From: Octopus vulgaris
Taxonomy: Eukaryota
NCBI GenBank assembly: GCA_951406725.2
Contig: OX597816.1
Coordinates: 23,126,001-23,190,000, forward strand
Direction: 5' to 3'
DNA: 64,000 nucleotides
In this document: positions 29,191 through 41,704 of the stretch, one piece after another
How the letters are laid out: each line of letters starts with the position of its first letter
Position numbering within the stretch: the first letter of the stretch is position 1
Program-made: the position numbers and the translations under genes
The notes under the pieces: generated by a model
What the model saw: the letters and a program-made list of their open reading frames with translations, nothing else
Told to the model about the DNA's origin: nothing
The model's database searches: none

Positions 29191-29531
29191 TGTATGTATG
29201 TATGTATGTATGTATGTATGTATGTATACGCCAGCTAAACTTGTCGTACTGTTTATTAGCCGTAAGACACCCGCTGTTTTTGTCCTGTTTTTACCATTAT
29301 TGTTTTTTGTATTTTATATTCGTGTGGCATCGTCCGTTTTTCTTTCCCTGTTTCGTATACATTCGATCCTTCTTCCAAGAAATCTAATGCTCGTAGCTTA
29401 GTTTTTCCTTGGGGCTGGCCGGATCGGAGCGATCTCAAGATTAATCAGCCGAAATTGCTGCTAGGATGATCCGGTTCTTGACTGTATCGTCTCGTAAATG
29501 TTTTACGTTCTTGTCCCAGTTTGTATTTTTC

Positions 29532-29540
<9 letters not shown>
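28837..29540. repeat. Direct duplication of about 270-310 bp (28837-29110 and 29231-29540) separated by (TA)/(TATG)n
   Basis: Both copies run ccagctaaacttgt...ttgtattttt ctacatata and end in TA tracts. Confidence 0.9.
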
Positions 29541-29562
<22 letters not shown>

Positions 29563-29694
29563 ATGTATGTATGTATGTATGTATGTATGTATGTATATGT
29601 ATGTTTATTTGTGTGTGTTTGTATGTCTATGTCGCATGACACCTGTTGTTGGTGTGTCTACGTCCCACAAACTAAGCGGTTCGCCGAAACCGAG

Positions 29695-29738
<44 letters not shown>

Positions 29739-29770
29739 CATTATTGTTGTTGTTGTTGTTGTTATGCCCA

Positions 29771-29842
29771 CGGACACATGCCGTAGTGGTTAAGAGCGCG
29801 GGATACTAACCCCAAGATTCCGAGTTCGATTCCAGACAATGA

Positions 29843-29912
<70 letters not shown>

Positions 29913-30115
29913 AAGAAGAAAGAAGAACATCGAAAAATACCTTAGGAGTGAGAGGCCAGGTTCGAAATTTCACCAAGATACCTGATAAAGCATGGAAGTT
30001 ATATCAGCCGAAACGTTGTGTTAACATCAAACAAGATAATAATTGTTTACATTATTGAATAATGTAAACAATGTCAATAATATACATAATTCCTCGTCTC
30101 TTAAATATAGAACTA
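29771..30115 (+). mobile_element. tRNA-headed element with (AAT)n/(AAG)n linker and hammerhead-like tail (most complete copy)
   Basis: A box tgccgtagtgg (29779-29789), B box agttcgattcc (29823-29833), and gatac-CTGATAA-...-cagcc-GAAA-cgtt-gtgtt (29977-30022). Confidence 0.65.
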
Positions 30116-30142
30116 TAATATATATGTATATATATATATATA

Positions 30143-30187
<45 letters not shown>

Positions 30188-30779
30188 ATATATACACATA
30201 TATATACATATGTATATATACATATATATATGTGTGTGTGTATGTATGTATGTATGTATGTATATGTGTGTGCGTCTGTGTGTGTATGCATCCATACATG
30301 TAATTGTTTAAAGAGGACAACAAATGTTAAAGCAAGGCAAACATCTCATGTCATGTACATTATTATCATTATTATTGAGAAAACTTCAAAGTCTTACAGC
30401 TGTTTCTGGGACATCGGAGACGAATTGGGAAAATGAGAAGGGTATAGATTAATGAAATGACGACATAGAGTACAAGAGCAAAGGAATATGGAAATGAAGA
30501 AAGAGAAGAAAAAGAATCATAAAAGTTCACAGTTTAAATTTCCGTTCTTGTAGATATAAGTCCTTAGGTGAAATCCTTCCTGCGTAAATCTATGTGAGTG
30601 AAAGTCATGATATTTTACACAACCAGAAAACAAAAACGTGAACATATCAAAGTTCAATAACAGAATGGTGGCGAAGGTAGCTATTAAGTGGTAAATACAA
30701 AGATAAATAGAAAGACAGGTAGATAGAGTGGGGGAGGAAGTTAAGAATTGGCGCTAAGGATAAAGTAAGGAATAGAGAC

Positions 30780-31360
30780 ATTACTATTTATATCAACACA
30801 CAACACCAGAAACAGTGAGGCATTCAACACTATTGTGCAAACTCTTCCTTTACTAACTAGAAAACACACAAACTCATCAAATGCGAAAAACAAGACAAAT
30901 CGTTAAAGCGACTACTAAGAAATGAGAAGCTTTACAAAACAACCACGAAACCAGCGGTTGAAAAATGTGGGCGCCCAAACTGTGATACCTGCCCCAGCCT
31001 GCTTGAAGGCTCGGATTTCCTTTTCAAACAAGGACAGAGGTTCACAATCAAAACTAGTTTCACTTGTGCCTCTGAGTATCTAATTTATGTAATAACCTGC
31101 TCGGGTTGCGGACACCACTATATTGGAAAACGAGTATGGCAATGACAAAGAGAACCACTCTACATAAAGAGCAAATCCGTTTCCCGCAATACAGACAATT
31201 ACTTCTCAGTGAACATATAGAAAAATGTGCTGGTAACATGAAACCAAATTTCACAGTCTTCCCTTTCTACCAGTGCAAAGACGCAATCTCTCAGCTAGAA
31301 CGTTTAACTAAACTTTTTTTCATTGAAAAATACAAAACACCTCTTAATATGCACGCGTAA
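30780..31360 (+). mobile_element. Penelope-like element remnant, GIY-YIG endonuclease region
   Basis: From about 31041 it reads FTIKTSFTCASEYLIYVITCSGCGHHYIGK, then after a frameshift RTTLHKEQIR..YRQLLLSEHIEKC..FTVFPFY..FFIEKYKTPLN. This is the PLE GIY-YIG signature. Confidence 0.85.
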
Positions 31361-31714
31361 CCATCTTTTCTCTTTTTACATATTTCAATTCACGATTACA
31401 TCACTGTACATAAATTCCCTTACTAAACACGTTTTTTTAAAAATTTGTCTTCCATTACTGAAAGATGAACAGTTATCTCCCTTGCCCACAACAATAACAA
31501 TAATAACGACAACCGATTACCTCCCTTTATTTATCTACTTGTGAAGTCATTCACTCGTGAATTTCATCACACGCAACATGGACAAAATTTCTTCTTAAGA
31601 AGAAATATATATAAGTAAAACATAATATCATGAATAGCGATAGCGAAGCCGGTCGATATATTAAAAATTATATTAAAACTATGTAAGTGTACGTATGTTC
31701 CTTTTTTTAATTTC

Positions 31715-31789
<75 letters not shown>

Positions 31790-32052
31790 TACTATCAGAA
31801 AGTTACCTTTGCTTTTACGTCTATTCTTACTCCTAGCAATATACACGATTTATTAAATCCATTAACCTTTTTATTAAAGGAGGCAAGAATACAGTTTTTA
31901 AACTAAACTTACCGTACTTAACATTTTCCCTGATCAGCTAAGAATTAAAGAGGTCAAGCATATAGACTTTTGTAGCCAACTGCCAAGTATTTTGGACATC
32001 TAATAAGCCTAGTAATCATATGCGATAAGAGAGTTAAGGATTTTTTCATACG

Positions 32053-32291
32053 GTGAGTACTACGAACTTGTACTATTCGCCTCAAATATATATATAATTT
32101 AGAAATTATTTTCTCCTTCTGTCATAAGAAGCTCCCCGTAATATTTTCTATTATATCACAATGCTTCAAGCGAACTACCAAAATCTTCATGCAAGTAAAT
32201 ACCTAACACCGTATTTAAACAGATTAACTCTTGATGTAGAAAATAATTGTAAAAGTCATTCATACTGTTGATGTATTGTTTCTTGTTTCAG
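32053..32291 (+). other. Possible 5'UTR intron of the TLR gene
   Basis: Donor catacg|gtgagt and acceptor ttcttgtttcag| about 460 nt upstream of the ATG; no transcript evidence. Confidence 0.35.
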
Positions 32292-32750
32292 ATCTGGGAT
32301 GAAAAGAATCTTCTACGCTGATTAGTGGAAATAAACGTGTACTGGATTCACAAACATATACATGGATTTGGCAGCAATGATAGAGGTTTAATTGTATACA
32401 TCTAATCGATATTATTTCCAAATTTCTAGTACCATATTTCGAAACATTTTAGTTTTTTTTTGTTTTTTTGGGGGGGTTGTTTTGTTTTTATTGCAAGATC
32501 TAATAAATAAACATCTTATATTAACTCATCGATATGGTTCAAACAATTTTAAAGAAAAAAAGTTAATGAAATAATAATTCATATAGCAAATTTTAAGAGC
32601 GGCATTAGCCTTCGTAAACAACCTTCCGATTATTGTGACATCGTGAAATTTTGAAACAATATTTTAAAACTATGTCTAATAAAGAGAATGGTGAATTCAA
32701 ATGAACACTGTGAAATTTGAAATATCCTGATAATTATTTAAGGGATAAAT

Positions 32751-34841
32751 ATGGCTCTTTGCGATCCCTTAATAAGATTAATTGTTTTAAAAGTTATAAT
32801 TGGATTTATTGTTATATCAACTGCCGAAGGATATTGTGAATGTAATACACACGAATGCTTTTGCGAAAATTTATCCTATATACCAAAGTTCCCAGCCAAC
32901 ACGACGATTGTAAAAATTATAAATCCGACATTTTCGAAATTTGATTCTAAAACCTTGTGGAACTTAACTACTATACATTTAACAAAATTGTCATTTATAG
33001 GATGTGTATTTCGAAATGCAACTGAATATGTTTTTGCAAAATTGAACTTCCTAGAAAATCTTAATTTCAAGCTGTGTAAATTGACCCAACACACCTTGCA
33101 ACAAATCTTTCGCAGTATTTCAAGTATCAATATAACTTCGTTAGAATTTGATGGAGTCAACAAAAACAACTGGTCATTCCAATTTTTACAAGACATTACA
33201 AATTACAATATTAATAGATTTTGTGTAAGGAGATCCAAAATAAAAGTATTTAACGGTAGCGAGCTTCTACCCTTAAAGAATTTAAAACTACTTGATTTAA
33301 GATTTAATAGCATTACTAAAGTTGTATCTTGGGGAACACACCCATTTCTAACAGCTCTGAATTTATATGGAAACTTCATATGCTATATGGTTCCCTTTGT
33401 GGATACTAGCGGAAGAATCTCATTTCCCATGTTGGTACGTTTAGAAATCTCTTTATATCATTGGCATATTCTGGCCATTGGAACATTCAAAGGACTGAAT
33501 AAGGTAAAAACATTAAGCATCAATGCTCCGAGTTTGCGCTTAATTAAGCCAAAAGTACTGACTTCTTTAAAAGAATTAGTAAACTTTTCCCTCACTTCTA
33601 GGAAGTCACGCTTATTACAATTGGGCAAACATGCATTTCAGAGTACAACTTTACGTTCGCTGACATTGAGAAATATTACATTAGAGATCCCAAAATCAAA
33701 TTTGAGCGGTATATTTAAAGCATGCCGGAATATCACTTCACTGAAATTTCAAGCTGTATCCATCAATGGAAATGCATCCATAAATGATCTTTTAAGGGAT
33801 TTAAAAAACCTTGAATATTTAGAGCTAACAAGAAATATGATGAGAAATGTTCCAGATTGTGTATGCGATATGAAAAGGCTTCATACGCTTATCCTTTCGA
33901 GAACATGGATAAGAAAATGGCAAACTACTAACTGCACTGTGATGAACAATTTAAGGGTATTTTCATTGTCGTATAATAAAATATTTAACGTTAATAAGAC
34001 CTCTTTCTCTAAAGCTCTCTTCTCTAATACGAACCTTAAATGGGATCTTTCCCATAATTCTTACATCTGCAACTGTCGAATACTATGGTTTAGAGACTGG
34101 ATGAGACGAAATCCAGCGCGAATTTTACATTATCCTAAATCATATTTATGTCACAACCCTGCTCCAGTGAGATTCCTCCAGATTGCTAAATACTATGTTT
34201 CGTGGGATTATTGTGCAAGCATATCGACGCCATCGCCCATAGCTGTGTCAGGTTGTGTGCTTGGAACACTTTCTGTTATTTTTATCATCACTGGACTAGT
34301 GTCGTATATAAAAAGATGGTCTATACGATACTGGATTTATCTTGTTTTTGCAAGGAGAAGGAAATACCAACTTCTTGAATGTACGAGTGAACATAATTAT
34401 GATGCGTTTGTCTGTTATTCCGGTTCCGATGTTGGATGGGTTACCAAATACTTACTTCCAATACTCGAAGAAGAAAACCATCTTCACCTCTGTTTGCATG
34501 ACAGAGATTTTGCAGTTGGCAATGATATTATTGATAATATCATAGATAGTATTCAGCAGAGTCGTAAAGTGGTGCTGGTATTATCTTCTGATTTTGCGCA
34601 AAGTCAATGGTGTCAATTTGAGACTAGTCTTGCACAGCAACGGTTATTTGAAGAGAAACAGGATATAATCGTACCAATACTTCTTGAAGAAATACCGACT
34701 GAATTACAGACCATGAGACTGGCTCTACTACTTAAACAGAAAACGTACTTAGAATGGTCCAGTGAAAGACGTGGTCAAATGATGTTTTGGGAACGCCTCG
34801 TTGAAATTCTCCTGGAAACAGCAGCATACAAGGAAATTTAA
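32751..34841 (+). CDS. Toll-like receptor (single cysteine-cluster type), 696 aa, single coding exon
   Basis: Uninterrupted ORF: hydrophobic signal peptide (MALCDPLIRLIVLKVIIGFIVISTAEG), LRRNT (CECNTHECFC), LRRs (e.g. LKNLKLLDLRFNSI, LKNLEYLELTRNMM), LRRCT (NSYICNCRILWFRDW..C..C), TM helix (IAVSGCVLGTLSVIFIITGLVSYI) and TIR domain (YDAFVCYS, LCLHDRDFAVG, SRKVVLVLS..F..SQWC.FE, FWERL). No ortholog symbol assigned. Confidence 0.96.
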   Translation: MALCDPLIRLIVLKVIIGFIVISTAEGYCECNTHECFCENLSYIPKFPANTTIVKIINPTFSKFDSKTLWNLTTIHLTKLSFIGCVFRNATEYVFAKLNFLENLNFKLCKLTQHTLQQIFRSISSINITSLEFDGVNKNNWSFQFLQDITNYNINRFCVRRSKIKVFNGSELLPLKNLKLLDLRFNSITKVVSWGTHPFLTALNLYGNFICYMVPFVDTSGRISFPMLVRLEISLYHWHILAIGTFKGLNKVKTLSINAPSLRLIKPKVLTSLKELVNFSLTSRKSRLLQLGKHAFQSTTLRSLTLRNITLEIPKSNLSGIFKACRNITSLKFQAVSINGNASINDLLRDLKNLEYLELTRNMMRNVPDCVCDMKRLHTLILSRTWIRKWQTTNCTVMNNLRVFSLSYNKIFNVNKTSFSKALFSNTNLKWDLSHNSYICNCRILWFRDWMRRNPARILHYPKSYLCHNPAPVRFLQIAKYYVSWDYCASISTPSPIAVSGCVLGTLSVIFIITGLVSYIKRWSIRYWIYLVFARRRKYQLLECTSEHNYDAFVCYSGSDVGWVTKYLLPILEEENHLHLCLHDRDFAVGNDIIDNIIDSIQQSRKVVLVLSSDFAQSQWCQFETSLAQQRLFEEKQDIIVPILLEEIPTELQTMRLALLLKQKTYLEWSSERRGQMMFWERLVEILLETAAYKEI

Positions 34842-35529
34842 ATACAAAGTAACACCGCATTTTGCAACACTTTTCTTCTGTTCGCTTCTTTTGCTTTTGG
34901 CATTACCAATTTGTTATTACGTTTGTTCTTAAGAAACATATTTTTTCTTTTAATAGTATCGGTGAAAAACCGCTGATTTTGTTTCGTGCCAAATTTATTT
35001 TCAGTTATTTCTTAGACTTTTTACTGACGTATGTTCGTTTTATATCATTCAGTGAGTTTTCAGCTGTATTTTTTTATATCTATTTTATCAAATCGAAAAA
35101 TATTTCCAAGATATTTTTATCATCTGGACTTCATCTAAACATGATTAGGCTGTTACCTATAATAAACTTTCTATCATTTTACAAATCATTTTAAACGGCG
35201 AGCTGGCTTAATCGTTAGAGCGTCAGGAAAAATACTCTACGATGTTTCTTTCGGCTCTTTACGTCCTGAATTGGCCATGTGCATAAATTATAAAGAATAT
35301 GGAAAGCAGGATTTGTTGTCTTTTAGTCTAGAAAGGATTTTCAAATATTGTTTGGGTTTTTATACAATATTACACACAATATTGCTGAAAGGTTTAATTA
35401 AAGCAGAAACAGAATGAACAGAAACAAACTTGTATCTACGTAGATATCAAAATCATGGACGTTTTGTGGTTTAAAGTATGTGGTTATTTAATTTATTGAA
35501 TACATTAACCATTTAAAGTTATTTCTCAA

Positions 35530-36000
35530 TGGATTAAGTGTGGAACAAATTTAAAAGACTGTGGGAGAATGCAATGCTGAAATCTCTGGAGTTGCGTGGA
35601 CTCATGTCACAAGGCATCAAACTTCTCAGTGAAGCAAACTCAGAAAATACCAACATTATTATACCCCTGTTGTCACTACCCAGAAGAGTTCCAGTTGGGA
35701 AGGGCATTAAATCAGGAGTCGCTACCTTACCAAAGTCTCTTCCTGAGTTTCAAAATGGTCATCAGATGTATTGATCGGAAAGATGGTATCAATATCAACT
35801 GTGAGCTACAAACAGACACCCGATTTACAGACGACATCAGCTTATCGTAAAAACCTCCGATTATCTAAGACCATGCTGACAGAAATGGACATTCAAAATA
35901 GACTGCATTGAAACACAGTACAAACGGGCAAAAACGTAGCAAAGCTGAGAATAGTATTGGAAATCGATACAAAACAACAATATATGCCGAGGAAGGAACA
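35530..36000 (+). mobile_element. RTE-clade LINE RT remnant
   Basis: PVGKGIKSG and GININCELQTDTRFTDDISL correspond to degenerate GVRQG and GININGE.L.HLRFADD motifs. Confidence 0.65.
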
Positions 36001-36653
36001 TTGAAATTCTGAGGAGATTAAGAACATGTGATGAACGTTTTCACCACAATTAAAGTTTTGCTGTCATATTCAAACTACACTTTAGTGTATGTCGTTGCTA
36101 TTCAGTGGACAAAATCAGGTACATATTCAGTGGAAAAAATCAGGTACATATAACTATTCCAAGGTACTCTCAGGATGTGGCGGGCCTCTAAGGCCGATGA
36201 GATCATGTCGCTACTCTATGAAACAATGCATCAAGAAGATCATAAAAGAAAACTCGTAAGCAAGCATTCTACCTATTTCTTTACTACCCACAAGGGGATA
36301 AATACAGAGAGGACAAACAAGGACAGACAAATGGGTTAAGTCGATTATATCGACCCCAGTGCGTAACTGGTACTTATTTAATCGACCCCGAAAGGATGAA
36401 CGGCAAAGTCAACCTCGGCGGAATTTGAACTCAGAACGTAGCAGCACACGAAATACTGCTAAGCATTTCGCACGGCGTGCTAACGATTCTGCCAGCTCGC
36501 CGCAAGCATTCTACCATTTGCATCCCGGTAAAGGCATTGATGTGCTGAAATGTGTAACTGAAGTATTCTTATGTCACAGTTGCTATTTATTTTTCTTCAA
36601 AAGTATCCACTAATAGTTATGTTACCTTTTACATAAATTATAGTTTATATCAT

Positions 36654-37066
36654 GGATCTTTTCGGTTTGAACGGCAGTTTTTAACATTATTTCTAGGTAA
36701 CTAAACAATATTAAACTTCGTATACTGGTAGAATGCGTTTATAAAACATCTTTTTCTCTTGGCTTGATTGAGAAAATTCTATAGTTTGTAAGATATTTGT
36801 TGTTTTTTTCTTCAATTTTTGCAATTACAACCAATCACTGACGTCCATTGAGGTAAACAACATTCTGTGCCGTATGAATATGTCCCTCGCTTAAGAAACA
36901 GATTGGGTTTATTTACATTTGTGAAGAAAAAATATACCCTTCCCCCACCCCTAACCCTAACCCTAACATAGATTGAAATGAAATAGATTGATACTAGGGT
37001 CATAATTATGGGTGACAATTTCATATGACACCGCTAGAAAAACTGCCGTTCAAACCGAAAAGATCT
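36654..37066. mobile_element. GGATC-terminal TIR element with internal (CCCTAA)n and 9-bp TSD
   Basis: TIRs ggatcttttcggtttgaacggcagttttt / aaaaactgccgttcaaaccgaaaagatct; TSD ttatatcat at 36645-36653 and 37067-37075. Confidence 0.88.
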
Positions 37067-38752
37067 TTATATCATATAGAGTTTATTATTTATTGTAGTC
37101 TTGTTGTAAGTGTATCATCATTGATATGTCTTCATTATTCTAAAAATTGGTACACGACTAAATTATAATCGTCTAAGAGAATGTCACTACTTGTTTAACT
37201 ATTTTTATTTAAAATTTGATTAACGATAGTGTGGAAATAAATTATCTCAAAACAATATCGACTATTTTGTTTTCATTTAATAATCATTATTTCTGTTGAA
37301 ACCATATAATTTCAAAATTCAACGTTTGCAACAATTCCATTCATATATCTGCTTTTTTCTCAAGACAAATAAACTTGCGTTACATTTCTACGTTCGTCGT
37401 GTGAAATAATTTCGTTACATTTTCAGTTACACCGTGTGAAATGTTTCTGAACACAAACACTGCTAGTGCAATGATACAGATTAAAGGCTGAGAACAATCT
37501 TACTCTGTCGACGTAAGCCAATGAACTTAACTGAAATAACTATTGTCACACAAATTCAGTTTGCACTTTACTTAACCCTACAATCGTCGGCAAAGTGTCA
37601 GCAATATTCTCAATATTGAATACGTAATATATATTTGAAGTTTAGGGCGACGAACTGACAGAATAGTTAGCACACGGGAGGAAAAGTATAACGGTATTTC
37701 GTTTGTCTGTACGCTCTGAGCTCAAATTCCGCTGAGGTCGACTTTACCTTTCATCCTTTTGGGGGGTCGATAAATTAAGTACCGGTTGTGTAATGGAGTC
37801 GATCTAATCGACTGGCCCCCTCCCCCAAAGTTTGGGGCCTTGTGCCTGGAGCAGAAAAGAATATATTTATTTCAAGGCGGCGAGCTGGCAGAATCGTTAG
37901 CATCCCGGGCAAAATGCGTAGCCGTACTTCGTCAGCCGTTACGTTCTGAGTTCAAATTCCACCGAGGTCGACTTTGCCTTTCATTATTTCGGGGTCGATA
38001 AATTAAGTACCAGTTTCGCACTTGGGTCGATGTAATCGACTTAATCCGTTTGTCTGTCCTTGTTTGTCATCTCTGTGTTTATCCCCCTGTGGGTAGTAAA
38101 GAAATAGGTATTTTGCGTGTCGCTACGTCTCGAGTTCAAATTCCGATGAAGTCGACTTTGTCTTTCATCCTTTCGGGGTCGATAAATTAAGTAGCAGTGG
38201 AACACAGGAGTCGATAGAAACTACTGGTCCCCACCCTAAATCTGAGGCCTTGTGCGTGTAGTAGAATGGATTATTACTATTCTTAAGACGTGCTTTCTTA
38301 CATACTGCAATGGAGACAGTCAAACATTTTAAATTTCATTTTTAATCTATTGAATAATAAGAAAAATATTCAACCGATTCTGTTTTTTATTATTTTATTC
38401 ATATATGTATTACAAGAACTCTTATTTTCAAATATAAAAATCTTTACTTCTTCTGTTTCCAAGGCTTCCAAGGTTAATAAAACTCTGAATTCCCGAGCAA
38501 TGCACATTATGAGGTGTTTGTATGGAAGACGTACCACATCATGCATCAGTCTTTCAATGAAATAATAAAGTAAATATTCAAATGAGATTGTAATTATAAT
38601 TAATTATAAGAACATAAAGCTTTTGTAAACTATTACGAGGTGCTATGTGATATCTCTCTAACTTCAAATGTGTGCCTAAACCAGATGGTACTTATTACAA
38701 AGAGGTTTACCTTGCAAGAGTTAACTATTATTTTATTTTATTATATATCTAA

Positions 38753-39155
38753 CTAGCAGTATCGCCCGGCGTTGCTCGGGTTTGTAAGGGAAATAACTAT
38801 ATAAGCATTTTTAGAGACGTAAAGTATAATAGCCATCTCAATATGGCTAACCACAAAGAAGGGGTGGGGGTGTTACTGTAGCTTTTTACGTTCTGAGATT
38901 TAATAATAAATTTTTAGAGAGTTACTTCCCTTATATATGCCAAAAATGCATTAGAAATTAGAAAAATTGATGGTAATTTTTTTTTTTAAATCGTAGACTC
39001 ATCGTAGACGCGCGCTAATACCCAGAAGGGCTCGATATGAATCACGACTATAAGATACCCGGTTTTGGTTAAACTGCACCGCAAAATGTGGGAGTAGTTA
39101 GGAATCTAAATCGTAGGAGACAGACAGCACACAACCTCTCTTTTATATATAAAGA
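38753..39155 (-). mobile_element. Non-autonomous Helitron
   Basis: On the minus strand: host A | 5'-TC(tttatatata)...hairpin cccgagcaacgccggg...CTAG-3' | host T, with no TSD. Confidence 0.8.
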
Positions 39156-39222
39156 TATGATATAAGCACTGCTACAAATGAAGTATATTATAGATGATTT
39201 GGAACTAAGACAGTAGTCTGGA

Positions 39223-39341
39223 TTTATCTGGCCATATCTCGTTGAAAGCACCGGTTCTCGTCCGATCACTGAAGTTAAGCAACGTTGAGCCTAGTTAGTA
39301 CTTAGATGGGTGACCGCTTGGGAAACCTAGGTGCTGTAAGT
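39223..39341 (+). pseudogene. Solitary 5S rRNA copy, probably a pseudogene
   Basis: ggccatatctcgttgaaagcaccggttctcgtccgatcactgaagttaagcaacg...agttagtacttagatgggtgaccgcttgggaaacctaggtgctgtaag matches the metazoan 5S rRNA pattern. The 5' end is altered, there is no oligo-T terminator, and it is not in an array. Confidence 0.85.
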
Positions 39342-39511
39342 GTCACACAATATAGGGGTAGGAGTGGCTGTGTGGTAAGTAGCTTACTTACCAACCACAT
39401 GGTTCTGGGTTCAATCCCACTGCGTGGCACTTTGGGCAAGTATCTTCTACAAGAGCCTCCGGTCTTGTTAGTGGATTTGGTAGACGGAAACTGAAAGAAG
39501 ACCGTCGTATA

Positions 39512-39576
<65 letters not shown>

Positions 39577-40294
39577 GTGTGTATATGATGTGTGTCTGTG
39601 CTTACGTCCGAATAAACTTAGCGGTTCGGCAAAAAGAAACCTTTAGAATAAGTACTAGGCTTACAAAGAATAAGTCCTAGGAGCGATTTGCTCGACTCAA
39701 GGCGGTGTTCCAGCATGGCCACAGTCAAATGACTGAAACAAGTAAAAATAAATCTAACTAAAAGTAATTCTATCATCATTCCACGAAAACCATTCGGTAT
39801 GAATGAATGAATCCGTCATTATTTATGAACAAGCAACAACGAGGGTGATACTGGAACCAATATATCATCCACGTATATTCACAATTACGTGTGGCCGAAC
39901 ACCATTTCGACAAGATATCTGTGCTAAAATCAATGGAAACAGCCACCAAAGGTCAATGACACAGAGCACAAAATAACAAATAACTAAATGCTTAGGGTTA
40001 CGTAACTCTCAATATTGAAGCAGTATATCTAATTTAAAATCATTATCTTGCAGGAACCAATCAACCTAAAGTGCCACATTCAACTAATTGACCTGTCGAG
40101 TAAATTGAGATGATTTAAGGAAAGACTACGATAGAAATTATGGATTCTTTGTTTGGATTTTCTAATAGGCTCGATTGCTGGAAGAAATACATTGCGTTGT
40201 CCTCCTTTTGATTATCTAACCAAAATACAAAGCACTCAACAACAATGAATTAAAATCTCAATAGTCCTGTACGTGTATCTTTATATCCAAAGTA

Positions 40295-40855
40295 TTGGGT
40301 TGTCCGAAAGGTTCGTGCCGATTTATAGTAGCTTAACTTTCGACTTATTTTAGAACATGGTTAAGTCCATAAAATAGGATTTGATTACACCTCCATTTAG
40401 AGCACAGTTTAAGCTCGTGGAATAAGGTTTATGTTCCTATAACCTGTGTTAATTTTGTAACCCTTTAAAATGGAATATAAGAAAGTTCATTTTCAGCACT
40501 TGATGCTTTGGGAACCAGACAAAAATTGCTGCAGCTCGGCTGGGATGTGTTACCCCATCCTCCATATTCAACAGATATTGCTTCTTTGGATTTCCACTTA
40601 TTCAGGTCTCTGCAGAATAGTCTTAATCGTAAAAATTTCAATTCCTTGCATGACGTAAAAAGATACCTTGATGAATTCATTGCCATGAAACCACCTCAAT
40701 TCTGGGAAGAGGATATTTTCAAGTTAAAGGAAAGATGGAGACGCATTGTGCAACAACAAATGATTCATATTTGGTTGATTAAAAATGTAATGGTAAGTAT
40801 TTATTGACCTTTTACTTGCTTTTAAAAATCGGCACGAGCTTTCCAGACAACTCAA
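40295..40855 (+). mobile_element. Internally deleted mariner element
   Basis: TA-flanked TIRs (ttgggttgtccgaaaggttcgtgccgattt / aaatcggcacgagctttccagacaactcaa). Transposase C-terminus LGWDVLPHPPYSTDIASLDFHLFRSLQNSL corresponds to the YSPDLAP motif. Confidence 0.9.
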
Positions 40856-41704
40856 TATTAAGGTGCCACTAAAGTTTCGGCAAATTTCTTTCTATATTTT
40901 TATATATTATCGCAATTTAAGCACATAAACATACACACTAACACACATACATAAACACACGTGCACAGACACAAAAACACACACGCACACACACATACAC
41001 TCAACAACCGCCCACATGACGTTGCACACGCACATACAAACACTCACACACATACATGCACACACAGGCATACAATTAGCCTGAAGAGATGACGTGAAAA
41101 TATGACCCCGGTAGAATAGAGAGCTATGAAGGGAAATAATATAAAACCCAATTGTTCTTTACTCTAACGCTGCAACTACCCTAGTAGAAAATATATCTTA
41201 TTTTAACGTGAATAAGGACCCCTGATGAATAAGGAACCCCCTAATTTAGGGAGCTTCAAATTTGGAAAAAAGGTTCTGTGATGGATTATAATACTATCCA
41301 CGTATAAGAAACTTTCATATTTTTGTAACATAATTTTTGACAAAAAAAGGGTTTCTTGTAAACGTTAAATTACGATAATAGGGACTTTAAGCTTCAAGCA
41401 TCAGGAATCCTACTGTTCATGTTAGTTTTCATTTATTCTTTTTCATGTTTTAATTGTGGGATTTGGTCCAAGGGTTTTCTTGATCAAGTAGAGCTCAAAG
41501 ATGATTTCCAATTTAGTACTGATTTTATTGTTCTATTTTTTGCCGAACCATTAAGTATCGGAGACCTAAAAAAATCAACAGTGTTTCTCAATCGGTGAGA
41601 CACATGCTAATTCTCAAATGCTTCCCCCTACACACATATATGTGTGTATATGGTGTGTGTATGCGTGCGTGAGTAAGTGTGTGAGTGTAATATATATTCA
41701 TATA

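Noticed and set aside
29771-29845. Functional tRNA gene (likewise the other SINE heads)
   Set aside because: A/B boxes are present but there is no complete cloverleaf or acceptor stem, and the sequence continues into a repeat body.
32876-33196. Antisense 106-aa ORF within the TLR
   Set aside because: Shadow frame of the TLR CDS with no recognisable features.
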